This document shows positions 41,412 to 51,677 of a DNA stretch of 63,008 nucleotides, piece by piece. The notes beneath the pieces were generated by a model. The model was not told where the DNA came from. It ran no database searches and was given only the letters and a program-made list of their open reading frames with translations. The translations under genes and the position numbers were made by a program. The stretch covers positions 1-63,008 of the forward strand of contig CANPPW010000003.1 in the NCBI GenBank assembly GCA_947576095.1, written 5' to 3'. The DNA is from an uncultured Mycoplasmatota bacterium. GTDB lineage: Bacteria > Bacillota_I > Bacilli_A > RF39 > UBA660. Position 1 is the first letter of the stretch. Every line of letters starts with the position of its first letter.

Positions 41412-42302
41412 ATGTATAAGTACTATGAAAAAAATGGATATCAAATAATGTATTATAGATTTCATTCTATATTTGAATTCGTAGAATATCTAACTAATAC
41501 ACCTATAAAAAAAGATATTTTTCATGATCCATCTAGTATTTCTGGTGATTATAGTTTTTGTAAAACTCAAAGTTTTGAAGAAGCAATAGAACTTATAAAA
41601 TATGGTTATCATGAAAATTTTGATAAATTCATGGAATTAAAAGTAAAATTGGAAAAATATATTCAACTTTCAAGTAAAAGAAATAAACAATATAATTTTT
41701 ATGTTGGATATGTTCCAGATGTTAAAGCATATTTAGAAGGTAGTCCATTATCTATGTTAAATAAAACTAACAATGTTAGGAAAAAAATTGATATATATAT
41801 GAATTCTTCATTTTGTGGTGAATCTTCAACAGAAGCAATTTTCAACAGAGGGGCAATTGTGTTATCTTTAGTAGAAATCTTAGAAAGTTTAGGATTTAAT
41901 GTTGATTTTCATTTGTTGGAAATGTCCACAATTGATCGTAAAATGCATTTTAGTGATTTTATTTTAAAAAAAGAGAATGAAAGATTGAATCTCCAAAAAT
42001 TGTATTTTCCGCTTTGTCATCCTTCTTGGATTAGAAGATTAAACTGCAGATTAATAGAAGTAACACCCGATATTACTAGTTCTTGGAGTCGTGGTTATGG
42101 CATTCCAAGTAAACTAGAAACCATGAAACAAATAATTGAGTTAAAAAGTAATGATATTATTATACCGACAATCGATGAACTAGGTATAAGAGGACATGAT
42201 ATTATCGATGATACAAATAGTTTATTTAATTATATAAATGCATTATCTGAAAAGGATTTTGAATTAAAACCTGTAAAAAAGTTAAAAATTTATAAATGGT
42301 AA
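41412..42302 (+). CDS. Uncharacterised partner of the AAA+ ATPase (possible degenerate vWA/Rossmann-like core)
   Basis: 296 aa, starting 5 nt after the ATPase stop. The segment KKIDIYMNSSFCGESSTEAIFNRGAIVLSLVEILESLGFNVDF looks like strand, loop, helix, strand at the position where vWA proteins carry DxSxS. Confidence 0.6.
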   Translation: MYKYYEKNGYQIMYYRFHSIFEFVEYLTNTPIKKDIFHDPSSISGDYSFCKTQSFEEAIELIKYGYHENFDKFMELKVKLEKYIQLSSKRNKQYNFYVGYVPDVKAYLEGSPLSMLNKTNNVRKKIDIYMNSSFCGESSTEAIFNRGAIVLSLVEILESLGFNVDFHLLEMSTIDRKMHFSDFILKKENERLNLQKLYFPLCHPSWIRRLNCRLIEVTPDITSSWSRGYGIPSKLETMKQIIELKSNDIIIPTIDELGIRGHDIIDDTNSLFNYINALSEKDFELKPVKKLKIYKW

Positions 42303-42552
42303 AAATATTCGGCCTAATTAATTTAGGTATTATTCTTCTTTACTTTTTAAGTGAAATATGAAAAATGGCCTATTTGCAGGTATTTTCTTTGAACTTAAAA
42401 AATTCAAATATTAATTAATATAGTCCTTTGGGAAATTTAAAAATTTATTTCTATCTATGTAAACAAAGGGTTTTGTAGTAATAATTATAGATCATATAAT
42501 ATGTAAAAATAATTTTCATATAAAAAGTGAACTGAATTCAATTTCTTATACC

Positions 42553-42578
42553 AAAGGAATGATATTTAGTTCCTTTTT
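42553..42578 (+). terminator. Possible terminator downstream of the cassette
   Basis: aaaggaa (42553-59) pairs with ttccttt (42570-76), running into ttttt. Confidence 0.35.
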
Positions 42579-42682
42579 AATATTATAAATTATTTAAAAT
42601 AATAGTGATTTAATGAAAAAATATCGTTGAAGCCATATCCTTTTTTTGACAAAAAAAATAAAAATATTAGTGTACAGTAATA

Positions 42683-44002
42683 ATGGTGAAACATATGTTA
42701 GAAATTAGTAATAAAATTCTTTGGGCTGCATCTACATCTCTTATCATTTTATCAGGATTGTATTTTACTTTTAAACTACGTTTTGTGCAATTTCATTTTA
42801 GACAAATGTTTAAAAGTTTATTTCAAAAAGAAAAAAAAGGAATTCAGCCTTATCAAACCTTAATGATGGTCTTAGCTGGTAGAATTGGGGTAGGGAGTAT
42901 AGCAGGTGTGGCTCTTGCGATTCATATAGGAGGAATTGGATCTGTTTTTTGGATGTGGGTCATTGCTTTTGTATCAGCGGCAATTTCTTTTGCTGAAACA
43001 GAACTAGGGATTGTTTATAAAGAGAAAGATGGGGTTGATGTATACAAAGGAGGCCCTAGTTATTATTTAAATAAGGGATTACATTTGAAATGGTTAGGAT
43101 CTTTATATGCTATATTAATTTTAGTAAGTTATATTTTTGGTTTCTTAGGAATTCAGGCAAATACCATTACAAAATCTTTAACAGAATTGATCCCTATTTC
43201 CCCTATTTTAATTGGACTAGGAATTGTTTTTTGTACATCCTTTGTTATTTTTGGTGGAATCAAAAAAATAGCCAATACAGCATCAGCCCTTGTACCTTTT
43301 ATGATGTTTATTTATATTGGAGTAGCCCTTTTTATCTGTTTTAGAAATATCCAAATGATACCATCTATTTTTTCGCAAATTATAAAAGCAGCATTTCATG
43401 TAAAACCCTTTTTTGGCGGATTTTTGGCGATGGTTATTACAGGTGTGCAAAGAGGTATTTTCTCGAATGAGGCAGGTCTTGGCACAGGAGCAATCGCATC
43501 TTCTACAGTTGTATCTGATGATGCTGCAAGTCAGGGTTATTTACAAATGATAGGTGTTTATATTACAACTCTTCTCATTTGTAGTTCTACAGCTATTATT
43601 ATTTTAACATCTCCTTATCAAAATCTTGTTTTACAAGATATTAATGGAATTGAAATAACCCAGTTTGCTTTTGAGTATCACTTAGGACATTTAGGAAGCT
43701 ATCTGATTTTTTTCTCGATTATTTTGTTTTCTTTTTCTACTATTTTAACAGGATATTATGATGGGGAATCAAGTTTAAAGTATTTTTTTAAAACGGTCAA
43801 AAAAAGATATCTCTATATATTAAAATTTGTAACCTTGTTCATTCTTTTTATCGGTTGTCTTATTTCTTCTACAGTTCTTTGGAATATTGTAGATATTTTT
43901 ATTGCATTACTTGCCTTTATTAATATTTATGCCGTAATGAAACTAAAACATATTGTTATAGAAGAGTATACATTATATAAAACGAAAAAACATAGAAATT
44001 AA
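42683..44002 (+). CDS. Alanine/glycine:cation symporter (AGCS family)
   Basis: 439 aa, multi-TM. AGRIGVGSIAGVA, GGPSYYL and GVQRGIFSNEAGLGTGAIA motifs. Confidence 0.88.
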   Translation: MVKHMLEISNKILWAASTSLIILSGLYFTFKLRFVQFHFRQMFKSLFQKEKKGIQPYQTLMMVLAGRIGVGSIAGVALAIHIGGIGSVFWMWVIAFVSAAISFAETELGIVYKEKDGVDVYKGGPSYYLNKGLHLKWLGSLYAILILVSYIFGFLGIQANTITKSLTELIPISPILIGLGIVFCTSFVIFGGIKKIANTASALVPFMMFIYIGVALFICFRNIQMIPSIFSQIIKAAFHVKPFFGGFLAMVITGVQRGIFSNEAGLGTGAIASSTVVSDDAASQGYLQMIGVYITTLLICSSTAIIILTSPYQNLVLQDINGIEITQFAFEYHLGHLGSYLIFFSIILFSFSTILTGYYDGESSLKYFFKTVKKRYLYILKFVTLFILFIGCLISSTVLWNIVDIFIALLAFINIYAVMKLKHIVIEEYTLYKTKKHRN

Positions 44003-44039
44003 ATACATAATATGCTATGATAGAGCTAGGTGATGTATT

Positions 44040-44690
44040 ATGATTAATAAAGTATGGGATGTTGTTTTAGAGAAAGAAATGAAAAAAGATTATTTTAGAG
44101 ATTTAGGAAAATTTGTAAAAAAAGAATATTCTACAAAAACAATCTATCCTGAATATAAAAATATATTTAATGCTCTTAAAATAACAGACTATAATGATGT
44201 CAAAGTTGTTATTTTAGGGCAAGACCCTTATCATGGAGAAAACGAAGCTCATGGATTATCCTTTTCTGTAAGAGAGGGCGTAAAAAGACCCCCTTCTCTT
44301 CATAATATTTTTAAGGAACTTAAAGAAGATTTGGGAATTATACGTGAAAACAACGATTTAAGTGATTGGGCAGAGCAAGGTGTACTTCTTTTAAATAGTG
44401 TTTTAACAGTACAAAAAGATACCCCACTTTCTCATCGTGGTCATGGATGGGAGATTTTTACTGACAATGTAATTCGGTATTTAAATGCAAGAAAAACACC
44501 AATTGTTTTTGTTCTTTGGGGAGGATATGCCAGAAGTAAAAAGGAACTGATTCAAAATCCTATTCATCATATTATTGAATCTGCCCATCCTTCTCCTTTA
44601 TCCGCTTCTCGTGGCTTTTTTGGAAGCAAACCATTTTCTAAAATTAATACCTATTTAAAAGAAGATGGTCAGTCAGAAATTAAGTGGTAA
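44040..44690 (+). CDS. ung: Uracil-DNA glycosylase
   Basis: 216 aa. GQDPYH, LLLNSVLTV and HPSPLS motifs. Confidence 0.95.
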   Translation: MINKVWDVVLEKEMKKDYFRDLGKFVKKEYSTKTIYPEYKNIFNALKITDYNDVKVVILGQDPYHGENEAHGLSFSVREGVKRPPSLHNIFKELKEDLGIIRENNDLSDWAEQGVLLLNSVLTVQKDTPLSHRGHGWEIFTDNVIRYLNARKTPIVFVLWGGYARSKKELIQNPIHHIIESAHPSPLSASRGFFGSKPFSKINTYLKEDGQSEIKW

Positions 44691-44707
44691 AAAGGAAGTG
44701 AAATAGT

Positions 44708-46057
44708 GTGGAAGATGTCTACTTATTTTTAAAAAAATACTTAAAGAAAAACCAAATAAAAACAGTTGTATCTGCAACATCTGGAGGACCAGATTCAATG
44801 GCCCTTTTGTACATGCTTAGCAAATTACAAAAAGAATTGTCCCTTCATGTTATTTGTGCACATGTGAATCACAATATTAGAAAAGAGAGTAATGAAGAAG
44901 TTCTTTTTGTTGAAAAATTTTGCATGCAAAATCATATAACATTTGAATATATGAAAATAAAAGAATATAAAAATGATAACTTTCATAATGATGCTCGTGA
45001 AAAACGATATGCTTATTTTGAAAAAATTATAAAAAAATATCATGCTGAAATTTTACTTACAGCTCACCATGCTGATGATTTAATGGAAACTATTTTAATG
45101 AGAATCGTAAGAGGTTCCACATTAAAAGGATATAGTGGATTTAATAAAATATTAGATTATAAAGACTATCAAATTATAAGACCTTTTATAGAAGTGACAA
45201 AAGATGAGATTTTGACATATAATAAGGAACATCAAATTCCCTTTGTGATAGATTCCTCTAATTTTAAAGATGTGTACACAAGAAATCGATTTCGGAAATA
45301 TATTCTACCTCTTTTAAAAAAGGAAGATCCATCTGTTCATCAAAAATTTTATAAAATGAGTCAAACCCTTCTTGAATATCATCTTTATATCGATCATGTT
45401 TTAAAAGAAAAAATAAAAAATATATGCCCATTTTCCAAAATTAATATTGACTTATATAAAAAAGAAGATTTGCTTATTCAAAAAGAGTTAATTCGGTACA
45501 TACTAGAACAAAAATATCAAGAAAATATTGGATGTATTACAGATAAACACACCCATTTGATTAGGGAAATAATTCTATCTTCGAAAGCGAATGCGAGTAT
45601 TTCTCTTCCAAATCAAATAAGGGGAATTAAAGCTTATCATACATTTTTTTTAGAAGAATCAGAACTAGTTAAAAAAGATTTTAAACAGGTATTAGAGGAT
45701 AGGACTTTATTAGCAAATGGTTATTGTATTGAAATAGGAAAAGATACCTTTTTGAATAATAATTTTATTTGCAGATTAAATATGGATGAAATCACAATGC
45801 CTCTATATGTAAGAAATCGGAAAACTGCAGATAAAATGGTGGTAAAAGGTATGCAAGGGCATCAAAAAATTAGTCAGATATTGATAGACAATAAAATAGA
45901 TAAAATGAAAAGAGATCTATACCCAATAGTAACTGATGCCAAAGACTGTATTCTATGGGTTCCAGGTTTAAAAAAATCACAATTTGATAAGTCAAAAGGA
46001 GAAAAATATGATATAATACTTACGTATTATCAATTGAAAGGAGAAAATGATGAATAA
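44708..46057 (+). CDS. tilS: tRNA(Ile)-lysidine synthase
   Basis: 449 aa, GTG start. PP-loop SATSGGPDS. Confidence 0.9.
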   Translation: MEDVYLFLKKYLKKNQIKTVVSATSGGPDSMALLYMLSKLQKELSLHVICAHVNHNIRKESNEEVLFVEKFCMQNHITFEYMKIKEYKNDNFHNDAREKRYAYFEKIIKKYHAEILLTAHHADDLMETILMRIVRGSTLKGYSGFNKILDYKDYQIIRPFIEVTKDEILTYNKEHQIPFVIDSSNFKDVYTRNRFRKYILPLLKKEDPSVHQKFYKMSQTLLEYHLYIDHVLKEKIKNICPFSKINIDLYKKEDLLIQKELIRYILEQKYQENIGCITDKHTHLIREIILSSKANASISLPNQIRGIKAYHTFFLEESELVKKDFKQVLEDRTLLANGYCIEIGKDTFLNNNFICRLNMDEITMPLYVRNRKTADKMVVKGMQGHQKISQILIDNKIDKMKRDLYPIVTDAKDCILWVPGLKKSQFDKSKGEKYDIILTYYQLKGENDE

Positions 46058-48041
46058 GAAAACTGTAAAAAGAGGATTATTACCTTACTTATTCATATTT
46101 ATCTTTATCGTGGGGGTAATGTTTGTATTAAACTTTTTAAATCAGAAAGTAAACATTATTACGTATGATAAATTTATGGATAATGTAAATAAAGGAGAAG
46201 TAAAAGAAGTTATAATTACGCCAAGAAGTAGGGCTAGTGTTTATGAAATTACAGGTACTATGAAAGGATATAGTGAGAATGAAACATATTTTTTAAGAGT
46301 ACCACTTACGAATGAAATTATGACCAAAGTATTAGAAGCTGAAGAAAAATATGATTTTACTTTGAAAACTGTTACAGATCCTGAATCTAGTACATTTTTA
46401 CTATTTTTAGTAAATGTTTTACCTATGGTTATTTTATTAGGAGGAGCATTTTTCTTTATCACAAGACAAATGGGAAGTGCTAATAAATCAATGGATTTTG
46501 GAAAAAGTAGAGCTAGACTCAATCAGGATAGTAAAAAAGTGCTTTTTGAGAATGTAGCAGGTCTAGAAGAAGAAAAAGAAGAAGTTAGTGAATTAATTGA
46601 TTTCTTAAAAAATCCTAAAAAATTCCAAAAATTAGGAGCAAGAATTCCTAAAGGGGTTTTATTAGTGGGACCCCCAGGAACTGGTAAAACCTTATTAGCT
46701 AGAGCTGTAGCAGGAGAGGCAAATGTTCCTTTTTACTACATAAGTGGTTCTGAATTTGTAGAACTTTTTGTAGGAGTAGGTGCATCACGTGTTCGTGATA
46801 TGTTTAAGCAGGCAAAACAAAGTGCTCCTTGTTTGATTTTTATAGATGAAATTGATGCTGTGGGAAGGCAAAGAGGAGCAGGACTCGGTGGTGGACATGA
46901 TGAGAGAGAACAAACATTAAACCAACTTTTAACCGAGATGGATGGATTTGGTGCTAATGAAGGAATTATTATTATAGCTGCAACCAATAGACCTGATGTA
47001 TTAGATCCCGCACTTTTAAGACCAGGAAGATTTGATCGTCAAGTAACAGTAAATTTACCTGATGTAAAAGGTAGAGAAGAAATCTTAGAAGTTCATGCTA
47101 AAAATAAAATTTTTGCGAAAGGTATAACTTTATCGAATATTGCCAAAAGAACAGTTGGATTTAGTGGTGCTGATTTAGAGAATTTATTAAATGAAGCTGC
47201 TTTACTTGCTGTTCGTAGAAATAAACCATTTATTACAATGGCCGAAATTGATGAAGCACATGATAGAGTTTTAATGGGCCCTGCTAAGAGAAGTCATAAA
47301 TACACAGATAAAGAAAGAAAAGTTGTCGCATACCATGAAGCAGGACACGCTGTGATTGGACTTCAGCTAGATGGTGCCAATGAAGTACAAAAGATTACAA
47401 TTGTTCCAAGAGGTTCTGCTGGAGGATATAATTTAATGCTTCCAAAAGAAGAAACATATTTATCTACTAAAAAAGAACTTTTAGAAAGCATAAGTGGTCT
47501 TTTAGGTGGACGTGTAGCAGAAGATCTCACGTTTCATGAAATTACGACAGGTGCTCATAATGACTTTGAAAAAGCAACAAAGATTGCTCGTGCTATGGTA
47601 ACAGAATATGGAATGAGTTCTTTAGGTCCTGTTCAATTCGAACATCAAGAATCAAGTGTTTTTCTTGGTAGAGATTATAACAAAAGTCGTAATTTTTCAA
47701 GTCAAGTAGCCTTTGAAATTGATCAAGAAATGAGAAAAATCATTGATGAATGTTACAAGGTAACAGAAAAAATTATAAAAGAAAATCAAGAATTATTAAA
47801 GTTAATTGCAGATGCTTTACTTGAACATGAAACACTTACAAAAGAACAAATTGAGTATTTAGTTAAACACAAAGAAATGCCAAAAGAAGAAGTAGTGGAA
47901 GAGAGTAATGTAAAACATATGTCTTATGAGGATCTATCTTTAACAGAACTTAAAAGTATAGCTAAAGAAGCAGGAATTTCTGGTTATACTAAGATGACAA
48001 AAGAAGAGCTTATTAAAGCCTTGGAGAAGGAAGATGAATAA
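46047..48041 (+). CDS. ftsH: ATP-dependent zinc metalloprotease FtsH
   Basis: 664 aa. Two N-terminal TM helices, AAA Walker [12 protein letters not shown], zinc site HEAGHA, extra C-terminal Rho_N/SAP-like tail. Confidence 0.97.
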   Translation: MMNKKTVKRGLLPYLFIFIFIVGVMFVLNFLNQKVNIITYDKFMDNVNKGEVKEVIITPRSRASVYEITGTMKGYSENETYFLRVPLTNEIMTKVLEAEEKYDFTLKTVTDPESSTFLLFLVNVLPMVILLGGAFFFITRQMGSANKSMDFGKSRARLNQDSKKVLFENVAGLEEEKEEVSELIDFLKNPKKFQKLGARIPKGVLLVGPPGTGKTLLARAVAGEANVPFYYISGSEFVELFVGVGASRVRDMFKQAKQSAPCLIFIDEIDAVGRQRGAGLGGGHDEREQTLNQLLTEMDGFGANEGIIIIAATNRPDVLDPALLRPGRFDRQVTVNLPDVKGREEILEVHAKNKIFAKGITLSNIAKRTVGFSGADLENLLNEAALLAVRRNKPFITMAEIDEAHDRVLMGPAKRSHKYTDKERKVVAYHEAGHAVIGLQLDGANEVQKITIVPRGSAGGYNLMLPKEETYLSTKKELLESISGLLGGRVAEDLTFHEITTGAHNDFEKATKIARAMVTEYGMSSLGPVQFEHQESSVFLGRDYNKSRNFSSQVAFEIDQEMRKIIDECYKVTEKIIKENQELLKLIADALLEHETLTKEQIEYLVKHKEMPKEEVVEESNVKHMSYEDLSLTELKSIAKEAGISGYTKMTKEELIKALEKEDE

Positions 48042-48053
48042 TCTTCTTTTTTT
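48030..48053 (+). terminator. Rho-independent terminator of ftsH
   Basis: gaagat gaata atcttc followed by ttttttt. Confidence 0.6.
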
Positions 48054-48128
48054 GTTTAAAACAAATTTATTGCCAAAATAAGTCTAGAATGTTAAAATAT
48101 TACTATAAATGAAGGTAAGGGATTTATT

Positions 48129-50306
48129 ATGAAAAATAAAATAGATAAAATCATAGTTGCAATACTATCTATCTTACTATCCTTATATCCTATTTTAGGT
48201 GGTGGATATAGAACCTATAAATCTCATTTATTATTTTATATATCACTTGTTCTTATGATTTTACTTTTACTAAACCATTTCATACAGAAAAAGAAAATTA
48301 AAATCCATCTTGGTATAGTTCTTCTTTTTTTTCTTTGGATAATTTATTATACCCATGCTTTTTTGAATATACAAAAAACAACTATGAGAGAATTTATTTT
48401 ACTATTTATGAGTTTTCTTTTTTTTAGTATTCTTTTTTATAATAAAATGAATGAAAAAAATATGTATATATGGAAATACAGTATTCTATTTTCTGGAATA
48501 TTATCTATTTTGCTATCTACAATAGGTATTTTAAATTTAAAATGGTTTCCTTTTCCGATTAGATATACAGACTTTTATATTAGTAGTGTCAATAGACTTT
48601 ATGGAACCTTTGTTTACCCAAATGCTTATGGTTTATTTATGTTAGTGTGCTACTTTATAAGTTTAGAATTTATACGAAAAAATAAAAATAATATATTTGA
48701 AATTTTAGGATATCTATATTTACTTTATTTTGCAGTTACAATATCTAAAATAGGGTTTTTATTGTTTATTCTTTTCTACTTTATTTATCTTTATTTTTAT
48801 AAAAAAGAAAAATTATCCATCATAACACCCCATTTAATTTCTTTATGCATTCCTACTTTTATAGGTGTGGAGAGCTTTCGAAAACTGTCTTTTACAAGTA
48901 ATATTACATTATATATAATTACTATTTTACTACTCATATTGTTATATTTTACATTAAAAAAACTATGTGAAAAAAAATTAGGGATATTTATCATATTGAT
49001 AATTATTATTATGACTATGATCATTCCTATTCCTAAGACATTAAAAATAAAAAATAAAGGTACTCTAAAATATATTGTATTAACCGATTTCATGAATTTA
49101 AAGAAAAATCATACTTATAGATTAGAAATTCCTATGAAACAGAAAGGGATTTATCGAAATTCTAAAATTAGAATTACAAAAGTTGTAACGAAAGATAATG
49201 TAGCAAATTATTTACCTGTTGCTATATTAGATATAAAAGATGGAAAACAAAAAATTATATATGATCTTAAAACAGAAGAAGATTTTGCCTATTACTATAT
49301 TGAATTGTTGCATACAAGCTCTTATAATACTTATGAAATAGATCCTGTTGTTCTTATAGATCAAAAAAATAAAAAACAAAAAATGTATCCACTAGATTAT
49401 TACATTATGCCGTATGTATATGCCTTTCAAAAAGAACAAATGAAATATGATAAAGGTAGTGCTTTAGGAAGGGCTTCTATTTATAAAGATTGTTTACATC
49501 TTACGAAAAATCATATTTTATTTGGTTATGGATATGGTGCTTTTGAAGATGCCTTTTATAAATATCATTTAAAGGGGCAAACAATTGAAGAGCATAGTTT
49601 TCTTTTTAAATTATTATTAGAGGTAGGGATATTGGGACTTTTATTATATTCTCTATTGATCTTGGATCTTTTCTTAATTTCTCTTCGAATATACAAAAAT
49701 AAAAAAAATATATCTATCATTCTTTTATGTATGATTTTATTTTTAAGTAGTTGTATTGATTTTACATTTAGTTATTCTCAGTTATTTTTACTTTTTATAG
49801 TACTTTCAACTTACATTCATCATATGTATGATAAGCAACAGAAAGATAGAGTTCTTTTTATCGCAAGTGCAGGGGGACATTTAACAGAACTTTTACATTT
49901 GAAAAAACTATTTTCTAAATACCAAAGTGTTTTAGTAACAGAAAAAAATCATATTTCTGAAAACCTAAATGTACCAATTGAGGTTGAATATTTAAAATAT
50001 AGTTCTAGATATTATTTGATTCATTATATCTTAACAGTTCCCTTCAATATAATAAAAAGTCTTTATTTGTTTATAAAATACAATCCAGATGTAATTTATA
50101 CAACAGGAGCTCATACATCCGTTTGTATGTGCTACTTAGGGTTTTTATTTGGAAGAAAAATTATTTTTATAGAAGTATATGATCGAGTTACACCTACATT
50201 ATCAGGAAAATTGGTATATAAAATCGCAACAAAATTTATTGTACAAAGAAAAGAACTTTGTAAATACTATAAAAAAGCAATTTATATGGAAGGAATTTAT
50301 GAATGA
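48129..50306 (+). CDS. Fusion protein: O-antigen ligase/polymerase-like (Wzy_C) multi-TM domain + Alg14-like domain
   Basis: 725 aa. The N-terminal ~560 aa are polytopic with the YGTFVYPNAYGLF region. The C-terminal ~155 aa (VLFIASAGGHLTELLHL...IIFIEVYDRVTPTLSGKLVYKIATKFIVQ) resemble PssD/Cps14F/Alg14. Confidence 0.7.
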   Translation: MKNKIDKIIVAILSILLSLYPILGGGYRTYKSHLLFYISLVLMILLLLNHFIQKKKIKIHLGIVLLFFLWIIYYTHAFLNIQKTTMREFILLFMSFLFFSILFYNKMNEKNMYIWKYSILFSGILSILLSTIGILNLKWFPFPIRYTDFYISSVNRLYGTFVYPNAYGLFMLVCYFISLEFIRKNKNNIFEILGYLYLLYFAVTISKIGFLLFILFYFIYLYFYKKEKLSIITPHLISLCIPTFIGVESFRKLSFTSNITLYIITILLLILLYFTLKKLCEKKLGIFIILIIIIMTMIIPIPKTLKIKNKGTLKYIVLTDFMNLKKNHTYRLEIPMKQKGIYRNSKIRITKVVTKDNVANYLPVAILDIKDGKQKIIYDLKTEEDFAYYYIELLHTSSYNTYEIDPVVLIDQKNKKQKMYPLDYYIMPYVYAFQKEQMKYDKGSALGRASIYKDCLHLTKNHILFGYGYGAFEDAFYKYHLKGQTIEEHSFLFKLLLEVGILGLLLYSLLILDLFLISLRIYKNKKNISIILLCMILFLSSCIDFTFSYSQLFLLFIVLSTYIHHMYDKQQKDRVLFIASAGGHLTELLHLKKLFSKYQSVLVTEKNHISENLNVPIEVEYLKYSSRYYLIHYILTVPFNIIKSLYLFIKYNPDVIYTTGAHTSVCMCYLGFLFGRKIIFIEVYDRVTPTLSGKLVYKIATKFIVQRKELCKYYKKAIYMEGIYE

Positions 50307-50785
50307 GAATATTTGTTACATTAGGAACCCAAAAACAACCATTTACAAGATTGTTATCTTATTTAGAAGAAATGGAGATAGATGAATCTATTATTGTTCA
50401 GAATGGAAATACTATATTTGAAAGTAAAAAAATGAAGTTTTTAGGATTTATTACAAGAGAAGAGATGCAAAAAGAAATAAGAAAAGCGGATTTAATAATT
50501 ACACATGGCGGGGGAGGTAGTATTTTTGAAGCATTACAATTACAAAAGAAGGTGATTTGTGTTCCCAGAAGAAAAAGATATGGAGAACATATCAATGATC
50601 ATCAAATGGAGATTGTTCTTTATTTATCTCAAAAAAAATATATTATTCTCTGTGAAGAAAAGGAATCTTTAAAAGCGGCTATTTCTAATATAAATAATAT
50701 TAAATTAAAAAAATATGAACCTCATATAGAAACATTTGTAGATCATATGGAAAAAATAGTAGATGATTTATTAAAAATATCATAA
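50303..50785 (+). CDS. Alg13-like glycosyltransferase catalytic subunit (Glyco_tran_28_C; PssE/Cps14G-like)
   Basis: 160 aa. MRIFVTLGTQ..PF.RL and ITHGGGGSIFEAL motifs. ATGA overlap with the Alg14-like fusion. Confidence 0.8.
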   Translation: MRIFVTLGTQKQPFTRLLSYLEEMEIDESIIVQNGNTIFESKKMKFLGFITREEMQKEIRKADLIITHGGGGSIFEALQLQKKVICVPRRKRYGEHINDHQMEIVLYLSQKKYIILCEEKESLKAAISNINNIKLKKYEPHIETFVDHMEKIVDDLLKIS

Positions 50786-50804
50786 TAGAAAGTTAGGTGA
50801 AAGT

Positions 50805-51677
50805 ATGAAAATGAGTATGGACTGGAAAGACTATCAGATTATAGATGCTGGCAATGGAGAAAAATTAGAAATTTGGAATAATATTCTTTTAAGAAGACCA
50901 GATCCACAAGCTCTATGGCCAACAAAACAAAATGAAAAATGGATGCATGTGGATGGTCATTATATAAGAAGTGAAAAAGGTGGAGGCCACTGGAATTTTT
51001 TTAAAAAAATCCCAGATCACTGGGTTGTTACATATAAAGATTTAACCTTTAAAGTTTCTCCAACAAACTTTAAACATACGGGTTTATTTCCAGAGCAAGC
51101 AGTAAACTGGGATTTTATGATAGAAAAAATTCAAAATGCAAATCGTCCTATTCGAGTTTTAAATTTATTTGCTTATACAGGAGGGGCTACTATGGCTTGT
51201 GCAAAAGGTGGAGCAGTAGAAGTTGTCCATGTAGATGCAGCAAAAGGTATGGTAGAATGGGCAAAGGAAAATATGTATTTATCACATCTTGAGGATCATA
51301 AAATTCGATTTATTGTGGATGATTGTGTGAAATTTGTTCAAAGAGAAAAAAGAAGAGGAAGAACTTATGATGCTATTATTATGGATCCACCTAGTTATGG
51401 CAGGGGACCTTCTGGGGAAGTTTGGAAATTTGAGCAAAATATATTTTATTTAATTGAAAATTGTATGCAAATATTAAGTGACAATCCCTTATTTTTTACA
51501 ATTAATTCTTATACAACGGGTATTTCTAGTATAGTACTTGAAAACATTTTAAAAAAGACAATGTTACCTTTATATCCTAATGGAAAAATAGCATCTGGTG
51601 AAGTGGGTCTTCCAATTCAAAAAGATCATTTGGTTTTACCTTGTGGAATTTATGGTAGATGGGAAAGTTATGATTAA
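50805..51677 (+). CDS. Class I SAM-dependent methyltransferase (RlmI/RlmK-like catalytic domain)
   Basis: 290 aa. LNLFAYTGGATMA and IIMDPPSYG motifs. Confidence 0.75.
   Translation: MKMSMDWKDYQIIDAGNGEKLEIWNNILLRRPDPQALWPTKQNEKWMHVDGHYIRSEKGGGHWNFFKKIPDHWVVTYKDLTFKVSPTNFKHTGLFPEQAVNWDFMIEKIQNANRPIRVLNLFAYTGGATMACAKGGAVEVVHVDAAKGMVEWAKENMYLSHLEDHKIRFIVDDCVKFVQREKRRGRTYDAIIMDPPSYGRGPSGEVWKFEQNIFYLIENCMQILSDNPLFFTINSYTTGISSIVLENILKKTMLPLYPNGKIASGEVGLPIQKDHLVLPCGIYGRWESYD

Noticed and set aside
42303-42682. Expected a glycine or other riboswitch or T-box leader upstream of the AGCS-family symporter
   Set aside because: No conserved riboswitch core elements are recognisable (no GGAGAG...CACCG-type glycine aptamer, no T-box sequence). 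Only one AT-rich hairpin with a T-tract is present.
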